Source: Aplysia californica
Lineage: Eukaryota
Assembly (NCBI RefSeq): GCF_000002075.1
Contig: NW_004797514.1
Span: 624,451 to 688,450 of the forward strand
Reading direction: 5' to 3'
Length of the DNA: 64,000 nt
Positions 26,901 to 41,900 of the stretch are shown here, piece by piece. The notes under the pieces are model-generated. The model was given only the letters and a program-made list of their open reading frames with translations, was not told where the DNA came from and did not search any database. Position numbers and translations under genes: made by a program. The first letter of the stretch is position 1; each line of letters begins with the position of its first letter.

Positions 26901-29900
26901 AGGATTTATTTGTGTACTAATTCCAAAGTTTTTCAACCAGATTCTATCCCTACAGTGTGTTAGGTACACTATTAATAAATAAATAATGAACTATACACCA
27001 CTAGGAAACGTTACCTCAGAAATGGCAAAGCAGTACATGTGGTCAGCTTTTGGGTGTAGTTGTGCAGCAAACTAAGCTATTTTACATTCAATTAAATAAA
27101 ACTTTCTTTACTACATAGTGGTTGAAGGAAGTCACTGAAAGATCTTATTTCTTCTCTTTTCTTGTCTTCTATTGTTGCTGTCTATCAATCTCACTTTTTC
27201 TTGCACTTTATCATATCCATGTGCTTCTCTTTATGCAATTAAACAAAACCATACTGAGATTTTTTCAGTAAGATTAAAAGAACACTGAAATCTAAATTCA
27301 AAACTGTATTGACACAAATCATACAAACCTCAATAAGTAGTTTGTCTCTCATTGCGTCATACTTCTTCTCTAAGGCTTTCACAACCTTATCATCTTCTTT
27401 TTCCTCTTCTGTCTTTTCTTCCTCATCCTCTCCCTTTCCTTCCCCAAATATATCTTCCTCATTGGCGAAGGTAAACAAAATTCCTGCTACGTTGTCATAG
27501 CGTTTATCTTCTAGCTGTTTTCTTTGGGAATTCAGAATCTGTTTCTTGTGTTCATTGTCCTGTGAATAAATGAAAATGTGAAACTGAGGACACCATTATA
27601 CTGTAGGAGGGAAGACATTTGTTAGACTCATCAGGCATGTACGTTAGTACAGAGGCAGAATTAAAAGAGAGAGTTGTTTCTCCCCTTTTGGGCTAATCCT
27701 CCATCTCCCCATCAGACAGGACACAATTGTCTCTCCTGGCACTATGCCTCACCCACACATGTCAAACAGGATTCTCTAAAAACAAATTCTAACCTCAGAT
27801 GTAGCACCAAAAAAAACACAGCTCTGTTTGACTTGATCAGTCAGTTATTCATTACACTAACAGTATACGCTTTATTACTGTTCCCATAACTCAGTAAATC
27901 AGACAGGCAAAAAGCATAAGGAGTTTATCCAACACCCCAAAGTTGAAATGACTGCGAAGTCCCCATAGATATTAAAATTATTGAGGCCAAAACAAACAAT
28001 CCAAAATTTGGGCTGACAGGTTTTTGTCACAATAAAAATTCTGTGAAATAAAAAAAATGAAAAAGATGCAGCAAGGTGAAAGGAAATGATATTAAAAGAA
28101 ATTATTTCAATTAACTTCAATAACGCAAAATTTATGGATCATAATAATTGTCTAATACATCTTGTATAAAAAAATCTAGATTTCTTGATTTGTCTGCAAA
28201 ATCTGGAACCCCTGATTAACTCTTTATCTCTGAAGGGGGGGGGGGGGGGACCCACTATGCCGGGCCCTGTTTCGGTACTAAATCTTAAACACAAAAACGT
28301 CACTAAATTGATTATAAAATCAAAACAAGTGAACCTAATTTGATAGTTCTTCCTCTAATGAATGAACTTCCGATAAAAGAGACCTGTTTTTGGCAACTGT
28401 TGAAAAGTAATTTGATGTCAACGTCGTCATAAAGGAATGGGCCCGAGATGCCGTCAGCGGCTCACCGGCACAGCAGTTCCGACTGCAAGCCGCTGCCAGA
28501 GATAAAGAGTTAATGTACTGGACAAAGAGAAATACAACTGACCACAGTAGTAAGAGTTTCCATCATTTGTGCAGCCTCTCCATCTTGCTTCATCTGAAGC
28601 TCCGCCAGTAGTGCGACCTTGACATCTTCATCCGAGGCCAGCTCTCCATCTGCTTGCATGTCCCGCTTCTTGACCTCAAGGCTCAGAACTGCCACTTCCT
28701 GCACACAATGTAAACACAAATTGGTGCAACATTAGTTCAGTTCGTTTTATGCTGGACTACAGAGTGGATGGCCCGGGCTCGAATCCCAAATGGGTTTTTC
28801 TGAACATAGATAGTTTTAATGAGTTTTTAAAGCTCTCCATCCATTTGGCTCTGTCCAATTAAAGATGGACATTAAATTCGGAGGTCATACCTCTTAAATA
28901 ATTTTAGTGCTGATATTATCACCCCCATTTGACCCTTAAACACTCATAAACCTTCTCTGCTTTCCAAGAAAGCATACAGTGCAAGCTGCCATTTTACTGG
29001 AACTAAAACATTAAGTAGGCCCTAATAGAAACTCACAGCTAGTATTTTCTCTCCATCTTCCTTCTCCCCAGAATCTGAATTTCTCCACAATTCGTACAAC
29101 TCTTGAGCAGCAAGCAGCTTCATCTTGAGCTCATCATCCGTCAGGACACGGACTTCATCTCGCTGCTCAGACTCACTGCCTTCATCTAGAAGCTGAGGAC
29201 AAAATTAAGATACGATAAGATGAGATAAGATGAAACAAGACAAGAAAAGACAAGACAAGAGTTTAATGATCTCCGCAAAGAGAAATTTGCTGAGGCATAG
29301 TAAATACAAATACAAAATTTGTAATGTTTTTTCTAACACTTAATGTTTTTTAGTATCTCGGGCTGTTTTGCATAATTCATGCAAGCTTAGGATTTATTTG
29401 TGTANNNNNNNNNNNNNNNNNNNNNNNNNNNNNNNNNNNNNNNNNNNNNNNNNNNNNNNNNNNNNNNNNNNNNNNNNNNNNNNNNNNNNNNNNNNNNNNN
29501 NNNNNNNNNNNNNNNNNNNNNNNNNNNNNNNNNNNNNNNNNNNNNNTTGTAATACAGCTTCTATCTGAAAGTTAAGGAAAAGATAAAGATCTAACATAAA
29601 GATTCCTCATTCTTCTGCTTTTATCTAACAGCTGTGGATAAAATGAACATATTGTGCAAAATTCTTTGTTTAACTGACTTAATTTGTGAGTTGTAGATAA
29701 AAAAAACAACCATATTTATGGTGTACAATAGGCTAACTCTTCAATTTTTGTTTTTTTCTCATCATTTGAATCAGATGGTCTCTTTTCCCAATTGAAAGAT
29801 TTTCAAGAAACCAGCTGAATGGTTAGAAGATAACACCATTGATACGCAACATACAGTACTTTAAAAGCTCCCTAAAAACAGAAGATGAGCCATGACAAGT

Positions 29901-32900
29901 CAAGTATTTCATTAAGTGTGACCTGTAGTTTTGAAAGGCTGAAGTTGCTGAATTACAGAATCAACTGACTATCTAAAGTGTAATCTCCCACATTATCATG
30001 AATACTTCATTTTTGTTTTGTTTTATTTTAGAAAGAGTTTTACGACACTTGCAACGCAATTAGGTCACATAAGTGCTGAAGATTAGAGGTATTACAATCA
30101 CTAAAAAGCATTTAAAAGCTTCATTTTCACGAATTGATGTGGTCAGCTTAGAGGTTTTTCTCTTGCTTTAGCATTTCTAATTCACAAAGCCTCATATGCA
30201 AAAAAAACAACCAGAAAAACATTTTTATTGATCTCAAAAGAGCAATTTGGTTTACAAACGCAAACATACATACGTGCTTAAATACTTAATTATACATATA
30301 TACATACTTAAATACATACACATATACATACATAAATACACAATACGACTTGCTCTCCTCTGAGTCTGCTGCTATCCTAATAGTTCTGGCAGAAGCCAGG
30401 TTCTTCCGTGTCAAGGAAAGAAAGTGGAAACTAAGCAATAGACGTATCAGAACAAACTTCAGCTCCTGTACCTTTGAATATCAAGGCCCAAAGATCTCGA
30501 ATGCTTTGCCAAGTACTTTAAGAGAGATCAAATCTTTTGATTCATTCAAATGTCAGCTGAAGTCATTTTCGTTTTTAAATTAGTAAGATGAAAATTAGGA
30601 GTGATATTCTTTTAGTCAGAACACAACGTTTTATGTTATTGTTGTACAAAGAATTGTATTGTAAAGCGCTCAGAGCCTGTGTACTTTAACTCTTTGACTA
30701 CCATGGGCCGATCTATCGGCTCCATAACCTCCTAGTTCGTGGCCAAAAGCCGAATTATCGGCTCGCGCTTTTCTTTCCCTTTCCCTTCCACAATTTGACT
30801 CAACCTTTTCGTTTCATGTTTTTAACTGCTGTGCTTACCATACATCAGTCAACCAGTGAAGGAATTTAGCGGCTTTTGTGTTTTATTCTGTTGTTTTTTT
30901 GGCATTTTTTCTTGTTTTTTTTACCCGCCCTATGTTGCTCGAATTAATTTACACGCATAGCAACGGAAAAATGGCTGATAACCCATCAGGTTCCCCCCCC
31001 GTCACAACGTTTTTCTGCTTCAAAAGCCCTGGAAAAGTTTGATGGAGAACTGTCAGTACTTTCCAATAGTGATGTAGGAGGTGATGAAGTTANNNNNNNN
31101 NNNNNNNNNNNNNNNNNNNNNNNNNNNNNNNNNNNNNNNNNNNNNNNNNNNNNNNNNNNNNNNNNNNNNNNNNNNNNNNNNNNNNNNNNNNNATAATAAT
31201 AATAATAGTATTGCTGCTGCTACTGCTGCTGCTAATAAAAATAACAACTGCATTTATATCTAGAGCATGCTCTATGCACTTAACATCAGACTAAAGAACA
31301 CTCAGAGACATTCTAGGCTTCCCAGGAGGAAGCATGCAGCACAAATTGCCCTTTTATGGGCACTAAAACGCTAACTAATAAAGACTCACAGCAAGTATTT
31401 TCTCTCCATCTTCCTTCTCTCCAGAATCTGAGTTTCTCCACAGATCGTACAACTCTTGTGCTGCAAGCAGCTTCATCTTGAGCTCATCATCCGTCAGTAC
31501 TCGGACTTCATCTCGCTGCTCAGACTCACTGCCTTCATCTAGAAGCTGAGGACACACAGGGATTAATAAAGTGTAATGTTTTTTATTTTATATTAATATA
31601 CAGTCAACTATAAAAGCTCTCTAAAAACGGATGGTATGCCATGGCATTTAGAGTATTTTATCCAGTGCAAATTGAACAATTGGAAAAGTTGAGGTTGCTG
31701 TATTACTTTATCAATTGACTAAAGTGTAATCTCTTCAAGCAGCATGACTGCTTCATCTAAAATGCAAAGAAAAAAGGAAATATGACAAAGAAAACAGGAA
31801 AGAGATTGATTAATCCCAAAAACACTGATCAAGTGAGGAAAGTAATAATAATAATAACATTTTGTTCGTCAGTGTCTGATGCAGAACCAATGCATCCGCA
31901 GAGGAAAATATTTCTTGAAGAGAAATGGAAGAAATAAGGATTAAGACAATTAGTAGGTTCTGCTGTGGCCAATTAGAATAATTCTAGTGGAGAAGAGTGT
32001 ACCACATTTTGAGCATTTAAAAGCTAAATTTCCACTTATGAATGTGCGCAGCTTGGGGGTTTCTCTTTTGGCGTCAGCATTTCTAATTCACAAAGCCTCG
32101 TATGATTTGCTGCCCTCTGAGACTGCTGCTATCCTACTCGTTCTGGCAGAAGCCAGGCTCTTTTGTGTCAAGAGAGGAAAGAAGAAACTAAGCAACAGAT
32201 GGATCAGAACAAACTTCAGTTCCAGTACCTTAATGAGTAGATCCCTCTCTAGCTGGTGTCTTCTGTCCAGCATCCTGAGGGCCGTCTCTCCCACTTTGGA
32301 CTCGTCCTCCATCTCCCCCTCAGGCAGGACAATCGTCTCTCCCCGCACCATGTTCTCACCCTGAAGCTTCCGCTGTCTGGCAGCTTCCAGACGTTGTCGA
32401 GCCAGATCTTGCTGTCTCTGACGCTCTTCATCTTTTGACATTTTATGTCTTTGAAACAGAAGAAATCAAAAGCGACCACATGAAACCCAAACTATGCTGA
32501 TACTTTTTCAACTTCAATCTTGTTACCAAGAGCTCGTTGTCTCTTGTGCTCTTTGTCTTATGACAGTTTATGCCTTGGAAACATCAGAAAGCAAATATTA
32601 GCACATTAAAAAAGACAACAAAGTGGTGTGAAAATGTTGTGTTAAAATTAAAATGAAGCTTTGGTAGGTCTACCTACATCTTCAGACGATAAGGCAGTCT
32701 GGCTCAGGACTTCTAAGGTAGGTAGGAATGTGCAAGAGTTACCAACTGCCCTATGTCATACTGATGATGCACAGAAACCATGCATACCACTGAGGTGAAA
32801 ATGTACATCTCTGGAGTACATATTACATGCTTTGGCAGCAAACTGTGTCTCAACATAAAATTACCAGGTGTTGTTGTTTCCCTTCATTAGAACATATATC

Positions 32901-35900
32901 AATTTATCACGGTTTACCGTAGCATAATAAGTCAACTTCAATATTACCTGTATCCTACATACATGCTATATCTTAATACTTATATGAAGGTGCAAAAGTA
33001 ACATTATAAAAAAGATTTGGGGGTTACTAAATGCTTCCAGTTACAAAAAACTTCACCACCATAAAAGATAAGATATCAATCATTATCTGGAAATGAAAAG
33101 CAAGCACCTTTTATCATTTTCCTCCGAGAGTCCCAGCACCATGGCCGCTGAGTCAAACTTGTCCTCCTCTCTCAACCGCCGCTGTTCTCGCCTCAGCCTG
33201 AGCATCTCCAGCTGTTTTTGTCTCTGTTTCTCGCTCTCGTCTTTCATTTCAGCAAGTCGTCGAAGTAGCGCTGCTTTCTCCTATTGAAAAAAAACAACAC
33301 TTTGAATCCAGAAGCTAAGAAATTTCAGGTGTAATTTTTGTAATAGAGAAGAATACCCTTCAATATCAAATAAAAGCAAGAAAACACAAAAAAGAAGGAG
33401 GAAATGTTGGCAGAACCACCGTACTACCTAACAAAAATGTTCTTAATATTGTTTTAACAGCATAGAATAATATATATTGTCACATCTTGCTTTTTAAAAA
33501 TCACTTTGTTATCTTTAATTTACATATATGAAAAGTAAACAATGAAGACCAAGAGGGGTCTAATCTTCAGTAAAATCAAGTTTGGTACACAACACTCGAA
33601 AAAAAATCATCTTAAAAGCTAAGAAGGAAGGCATTAATAAAAAAAACTCAGTATTTTACAGATGATACTGCGCGACCTCAGTGCTCATATCTCCATTTTT
33701 TTTAACCATGAAAATGTCACATCTTCTTAAGCTCACTCTTTGTTATGAACTGTTTTCACTGTTATCAAAAATGGAGATATGACAAAAAAGCACTGAGGTC
33801 GCAACTGTGGTACGTTTAAAAAAGTCAGGTCATCATTGGCTAATGTACACAATTACGACTTCTACTAACAAAAACAAGTATAACTGGCACTTACAGAATT
33901 TCTGCTTCACACAAGACGTACCTCATCATGACAGTGTTCTAGGTACAGCAAAATATTTTTCTTCTTTTCTCTTTCCTCTTCTTCCTCTCTGGCAATCTCC
34001 TCAGCTTCAAGTTCATCACATTCCTCTTCTGTCATTCCTGTAAAAATAAAAAGAAGCAGCCCACCACTAATTTACACTGTGCTTAATAATGAACATCACT
34101 AGTTTAGTTTTAGTAAAGGTTTTACGGAGCTCGCAACTGCATAAGGTCATATGAGCGCCAATGAACATCACTGTGTGAACAAATTAAAATCCAAACATTT
34201 TAGTAGTAATATAAGATGTTGAAATTTTTTTAAGTCACCTATGAAATTTGTTTCAGTCAGTCAAGAACTTTCAGGCTGACCACTAAGAAAATCCATTATA
34301 AAAATGTCATTAATAACAAAAATTTTCTAAACACAAGTTAAACTTTTTTTTAACACCATAGAGTACTTCATATAAATAGTGAATATACATGCAAATGTCA
34401 TTTATACCTTCAGCCAGTCTCTTCTTCCGACGCTCCAGTCTTTCCCTCAGCTTCCGTTCCTGCTCAGCCTTGGAGTCACCCAATAGTTGTCTCAGTTTCT
34501 CTTCATCGTTGAGCAAGGAACCTGTCACAAATCACACACATTCTGGTAGTCAAAAACAATGCCATTTATTGACAATAATAATAAACACTTTTTTGCACAT
34601 GGCCTTAGCTCAGTGATCAATAAAGGCCACGGAAACCTAGCAAGAAGCTCTGCATGGGGCGAGATATTTTCAAATAACAAGCATTAATCTAGCAAAAGAT
34701 CAATCAATTCTTTGGGACTCACTGCAGTCGGCCTTTTCTGCAAACATTTGCCTTATAGTTAATTTACCAAACATACCATTACCACAGGACATTAAAGTGG
34801 GTGGGGTAGGGGAAGAATTTCAGCAACATGTCCCATTGGGAGGTCTTTAAATTATGGTGCAAGTCATGTAGGTTTGATTCTGATTTCAGAATTTCTTCTT
34901 TCCATCCAGGACTGCCTGTGTAGTATAACGGCACTCCAATAATGAAATGTAAACAACATTATAAATAAGTAAGTACCGAGAAGGGCAGCCGCTTCATCAT
35001 ATCGCCCTTCTCTCCTGAGTTGTCTTTCCTTTAGCTTAAGCTCCATCAGACGGCGTTGTCGCTCCTTCTCTGAGAGACGATTCCACTCCGCTTCTCCCAT
35101 CTGAGGAAGCATAGGTAAGGTACAGAATATTTCGTACAGGTATGGACATTTTTGGAAGAAGCTCTCACACAAATATAACTTCTTTACCATCTTTTTACAT
35201 CCTGGCATTATTCTTAAGTGAACTTCAGCAGCACATATGAAACTCCCAGCTTGGATTTGCAATGATGTATCATCAGCGCTATCCCATATTTCCCAATCTT
35301 TTGGATTTTTCAAAGTGACTCACAATTAACATGGGGTGTATACACTTACAATGGAAATCTACGAATGACAATAAATGCAAAGATAAAGTGAAGTAAGGTA
35401 ACACTTGCGAGAAACAAGGTCTTTGTTAAAAAGAAAAATATTAAGGGTTTTAATATAATTCTCCCAATACAACAACAAGAAAAACTCTGAGAGCTTTGAC
35501 TCTAATCTCATCTGCCCATTTGGTAAATTGATGCCCTGATCACTGAGACTACACAGCCTCTAAAACTACTTGTTCATCAACTTCTTCATTATGACAGAAC
35601 GTACTGACTCCCAACTGTCAGGCCTGCTTACCTATCTTATTAAACATGACACAGAAATCTTGAAATACAAAGAGAAATAGTTGAAATTGTTCACATCTTG
35701 CAACTATAGATCTCTTCTCACCTCATTGATCAGAGCCTGGATCAACAGCTGATCTCTGAGGGCATCGTATTTCCCATCCACAGCTTCCTCCAGTAGTCCG
35801 TCTTGGTTCTGAGAGTCAGCCGAGTCATGACCTTCAGCAGCAAAGACCACATCAGCAATGTTGATCGCATGACTCTGGGTCAGCTCTGCGGCTATTGCTT

Positions 35901-38900
35901 GCTGGTTTTCTATCAAGTCCTCATTGCTCTGAACAGGTGAAGTGGCATACAAAGCTATTACCAATACTGGTATTACAAGGTCAATATTAGCACACATTAA
36001 AAAAATCAGTTATATTAAAAAAACAAAGAAAAGAAAAGCAAATTAGTGCCACTAATTATGTTTTCACTGGTTCCTTTTTTAAAATCTTTCAAACCAAGAA
36101 TTTTTGTGTTGTGTACATAAAACAATCTTTGAAACTAGTCTTTCAAGGCAATATTTAGATACTTTCTTATGTTCTTTCAATTATGTAAGTTCAAAATGTA
36201 AAATATACAATCAAAATGAAGACTATAAACAGTGTTGGTATCAAAGTCAGGATATGCAATATTATTTCAGCCACCTCTAGATAACAATATTCCCTTTTCA
36301 TCAGAATCTTTTTTACCACATCATTTAAAAGTCATGATTTTAAGGCTACTATTCTATTCTAACAACTTAAAAAGCTTAATCAAATTCATTACAAAGGAAT
36401 TACTTCCAGAGCAAACTATTGGAGTTTCTCTTTACAGTATTCAAACATATTGAGAAAGGAGTTACAACTGACCTCAGCAGAGAACGCTCCGAGGTAAATC
36501 TCTGCTTCAACAAGCTGGGTCTTGAGGAGATCAGCCATGAGAGACACGTTGACTTCACTGTCCCCCACCTCACCAGATGAACTCTGACCTGAGAGGTGAC
36601 AGCGACGCATCTCTCTCTTCACAGTCACTGCCTCCTCCAGAATTGTCTGATGCTCTGATGAGGCAGCTTTAAAAAGAAAACCAGGAGACATATTGGAAAT
36701 TTGGGGAATGGGGGGATGAACAAGTCTATTAAAGAGATTTAATGTAACCATGAATTGAATTTTAGTGTAAGATTTGTTATTTAAAAGTATTATCATGTTT
36801 CTGGTCTCTTCTTGCTTCATCTACAAATCTGAGAAACAAGTGAAATTCAGCAAAAAGTAAACACATAATAATGAATACAACAAAGCTTTACTGCCTTGTG
36901 AAAAGAACATATAATAAGCTCAGATAAGAGGCTATCAAAAGTGCATCGCTGTTGATGGTTGAACATTTTGATGTCCAACAGCAAAAATCAAAACATTTTA
37001 TTTGGAGCTTCCCTTGTTATGCTTTAATCTCTTATTTCAATAAGAACTTTCAATCCTACAGACAGTATTTATCTGATGATTTTTCTTCTTTCTTCACAAT
37101 CAATCCCTTTTTTAACAGCAAGTGAGTACAAAAAAGAAGTACTGGCATCTCTCACCGAGGTCAAATTTTTCCCGAATGCCATGCAGAACCATCAGCCTGT
37201 CACTTTTTTGTTGCTGTGTCTCCGTGGCAACCAGTTCCCTCACTTCTTTAAAACGATCACTGGCCATCATCTGACACAAAATGTTCCACTCGTCCTGATG
37301 TTTTTTGTGAAGAAGTGTCATGACAGCTTCCTGAAAAACAAACATTGAATTGCAATAATACAGCCGAAATTGTAAAAAAAAGGCCATCCAATGTTGAGGA
37401 GAAAAGTGGTTGTTTTAGACAGGTGAACATCTTGGACAATATGAGTGTGTGCCTAAAGAAAGGTACCAAAAGTCGCAACAGACCATTTTGAGCTACAAGC
37501 TAATGACAAAAAATGGTTAAAATCAGACTTTTGGTACCTTTCTTTAAGCCTACACCCATAACATCTGAAAAACGAAAGGAGGGAAGTAGGAAGTGGCCAT
37601 TTGTACAGCCGATTGCCTTAGACAGGTAATCTTCAGAGCAGGTTCAGCAGTATTCCTTAACTGACATTTTTCTGAGAAAGAAGTACCAAGAACTCAGCAC
37701 AATGACAAGCAAAAATATTGAGTCCTAATGTGGCCATCATAGCATAAACACATTGCAAACCTCAACAAAAAGAAAAACAAAAAGGAAAGAAGACGAAATG
37801 AGGTCTGTCTTCCTTCCAGCTTCTGTGTTTGAAATTTCTCAGAAAGTTACTCAAGTTCCATTATAATAGCATTTATGACATAACCTACTGTAAATCCCCT
37901 TAATCAAACTATTCCCTCCATGCTACCAATACACTTCTTTATAAAACCATTCTTTTGGACATTAAAAAAGCAGACATATTGGTTTCACCCAACAGACTCC
38001 ACCACATGCCCGATGGTACTCAGAAAGCACATGTAGGCATGAGCCCGGTGCTCAAAAAGGTAACAGCAGTGCCTGCTTAGGAGCCCTCAGGTCCAAAGGA
38101 TAAACATTATTTTACAGAATGTTGAAGAGAAAGCCAGGTAAAACAGCAGAAATACACTCACCTGGAGTTTGTTTACATCATCTCCTTTGACAATATCAGC
38201 AGACTTCTTTATCTGTTCTCTCTTACATGCCAGAAGCTGCTGAGCAAGGAGTCCGTAGCGGTCATGGTCTAACTTCAGTCTGCCAAAAGAGAAGAAGAAA
38301 AACAAGTGGTAAGAAACAAAAATCATTCTAGTGCAACTGATGTGCTCCAAACTGAGAAACTAATTCAATGTTGTCACAAGAAAAAAACATTCACTTCAAT
38401 TTCCTTTATTCCCCCTTGAAAAAGTGTCAAAATGAGTTATTCATTTTACTCATTATAGAACAGATTTATTTCTTCATGCTCAGTCATAGTTATCATCATA
38501 TTGAACAATTATCCTCACAGAGTCTGAGATCCCCATATCATCATCATATAAAGCCAGATCTGCAACAGACAATGGCGATCATGGTCTAGAATTCGTTTCT
38601 TTTCTCGAATGCTCTGAAAAAAACAAAACAACCTATCCTGGTCTTTTCCCTTCATCTATCAGTTCACATTTTCCAAGTAAGTTGCCCTTGGTTTACCACT
38701 GCCTCTTTTGCTTTCAATTTTACCAGTGAGAGAAAGATATGTCCAAGGCTTTATGTTGATTGAAGTGATCCAGAAACTGCATTTGTGAAGCTTGCTGACA
38801 AAATGAGTTACTTCTCGGATTCAAGCCTTAAAGAAATAGATACATCGCGCTTAATGGTGAAGTTTTAAAAATTTATAAGAATGAAATAATAAAAGACAGG

Positions 38901-41900
38901 TTATAGTGAAAGAATATGACATCAATAGAAAATCTACCATTTGATCCTTATGTCGATTTTTGGCCAATATCTCCATTTTTGGATTGTGAAAAGTAACTCA
39001 TTTTGTCAGTATACCTCACATTTGTCTCTTTCTAACAATTTTTATTAGTGGGCGGCCCTTGTGAGCTTGAAATCCCCACATTACACCAATATTACCATCA
39101 GTTTTCGCCAATAATTCTCCACTCACCTAAAGACTCTGTCTGTATTCTGTCTCTCTGCTAGACCACACACAAGGCTGGCAGTCACAAAGTCTCCCACAGA
39201 AGACACCAGCTGACACTCCCACTTGAGTTTGTTCTCCAGTAACTTCTTGTCTGATTCCTCCGGAACTTTTTCCAGACATCCTGACAAATAGCATTTGATT
39301 AGTTTGAATAACGAAGAGCACATTTTAAGTAAATAAAATGGCCATGTACATAAAAATCAACTGCATTGAGAGAAAAAGATCTTACAGTCATGTGCAGTTA
39401 CTCTCTGAGCTCAATCATTGGTAAGAGAAGTTGTTGTTTTTTTAGTTAGTGTTTTACGGCACTTGCAACACAATAAGGTCATATAAGTGCAGAAGACTAG
39501 AGGTGTTACAAGAGAGTAACAAATACAAAAAAGAAGGAGGGGAGAAAAAGACAATAGATGTTTGATAAGAAAGAAGAAGCAGCAGCAAACCACACCAGAG
39601 CAACCGCAAACCACCCACTTGGTAAGAGAAGAAAGAGGAGAAACACTGTGTTTCCAATAGGGTTTATATACCACACAACAGTGAGTTGTTCCATTGAGAA
39701 ACCAAAGATACAATAAGTCATGAAAAGTGATTTAGAGGAACAAACCTGCGATGTAGTTCTTGACAAAGTCCACCTCAGCCATGTAGCGTCTGTGCAGGAA
39801 AGATATTGTTTCTCCATTTCCCTGGTCATCAGGATTTAGTCCTTCATTTTCTTGAATGGGGTCTTCACTTCCTGAATAGGTGCAAAAAGTTTTGTTCATA
39901 ATTGTTTCCTGTAAGTTGAAGCGGCTTCTCAAATTACTAATCTAAAAAAAGCCACATTCAAATCAAATATTGACTTTCAAGAAAGAAAATGTAGACAAAA
40001 CAAGACAGACTACCACATTCTTTTCACCGTCCTTAATCTTTCTATCTATAAGTGTCAATGTTTTATGCCCCCATCAACTCAAAATGATTGTTTGGGAGGC
40101 AGGCAGCTTAGATTATGCTTGTCACTGCCACCCTATTCTGAGTAGGATAAAAGATATCTGTAATTAGACAGATATCCCCCCCAAAAAAAATTCTGTACTC
40201 AGAAATAAAAAATAGAACTCTTGTTGTCTGCATGCAATTTCAAAGAGCCAAACCGCAACACCACAGACATCAAGCGTTACAAAAAAAAAGTATTACCAGT
40301 TGAAATTTTGGTAAATATCTCAACATATTTATGCAACTAGCTAACACCATATAGTGCCTCCTCTTTAGTGTTATAAAATTGACGCTCACAAACTCCAAAG
40401 TAGAACAAAATCATGAATACAAGCTAGGAGTAGACGGGCACTGACTAAACCACAAGGGAAATTAACAAACTTGAAGTAAATGGGATCCCAGTTTATCTTC
40501 AGGTAAGATTTTCCTTTCAGCTTGGCAGCGAGTCAGCGTCAAGCACTTTGCCCTTCAAAGAGACACTCCATGTAAAGAAGTAAAAAATAAACTTTTAACT
40601 TTTTCAGTGCCCTTTCAGACAATCGTTGAATTAGGACTTGAGTGCCAGATCATCAGAAACAAAGTTGCGCTTCATTTAGCAACTCACGTGGCTTTTAAAA
40701 CTTTCAGTTAATAGAAACTTTATATCTCAGTTATTATTCCAAATAGTAAACAGTTCCATGCAAAAATAAAGTATTGACAAACCTTTTTGCACATGGGGTA
40801 AAACTCCTACTTTTTTCCCATTTAAGGCATGGAACTGCTAGGGTATATGCTGGGATTTAGGGGCTGGCATTGAAATGGTTAAAAATAAATACACAGAATA
40901 GGACCAAGGAGAGAACACTGTACTGACCAGCCCACACAGCCGACGAGTACTGTTGCCGACTCATTCCACTCAGGTAAGGAAGGGTGGGCTTCAAGGTAAA
41001 GGCTGGGGTCAGACATGCCGACAGACTGCCACTGTCGCCTGTGATGAATCATAATAATAAGAATAAAAGATCAGGTTCAGTGAGCCAGCTTGAACTGGAA
41101 GAATGCTCAGTGTTATTTGCAACAGAAAGCATACATCATCAGTGTCTGACTATAGCTCGTATCAGTAAAATTAGGCAAAACACTTTTTGTCTTCAATTAT
41201 GTTATTAATAACCTTATTTACAATTGGTGATCCTAAAATATATACACACTGATTCATCTATGACAAAATTCAATTAAAAAATTAGAAATGTGCACAAAAG
41301 GATTAAGAGAGTTGTCTCTTTGCCCTGACATGGCTAATTTGGACATGGCACCATTGATACACACATCTTTTCTAAAATTATCGGACTGTGAGAAAAATGG
41401 TCACTTTTAAGGACAAGCGGGCTAACCCAGGTTTCGGGGGTTTCTAGAAAACTTGACCTACACCAAAAGTGGGCATTGTCTTATCTATAGGAGAAATTTG
41501 GTTTCATTGGTGTGTATATATTTGTTCGGTTATTGAGAAACTCTCCTTGTCTTTTAAAGAAACTGAATAACAGGCAAAAACTTTACCTTTGATTTTCTCA
41601 AAACAGCATTTTTCTGGATAGCCCCCTTGTGCTTAAAAGCGACCAAATGGCGTGATAACACAACTGAGACCAACAACAAAAATTACAATGGTGCTGTATT
41701 GATGTAAAGTGCCTTGAGCCCATTTGACGAAAGGGCGCTATAGAAATCTGCTGATCATGGTTATCATTTTTGGAAATGCAAAGTCCTAACCTTCATTCCA
41801 CAACGCAGATTCTTTAGCTTGGAAAGTGGAAATGAGCTTGTTCTTTTGCTTCTGTCCCATTTTGGCCCACTTCAGCTTCCCTTGTCTCTGTGACAGGCAC

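Noticed and set aside
29310-29404. Perfect 95-bp copy of 26822-26916
   Set aside because: Identical and ending exactly at a gap edge, so probably a gap-filling or mis-join artefact; kept only as a caveat for the duplicated exon.
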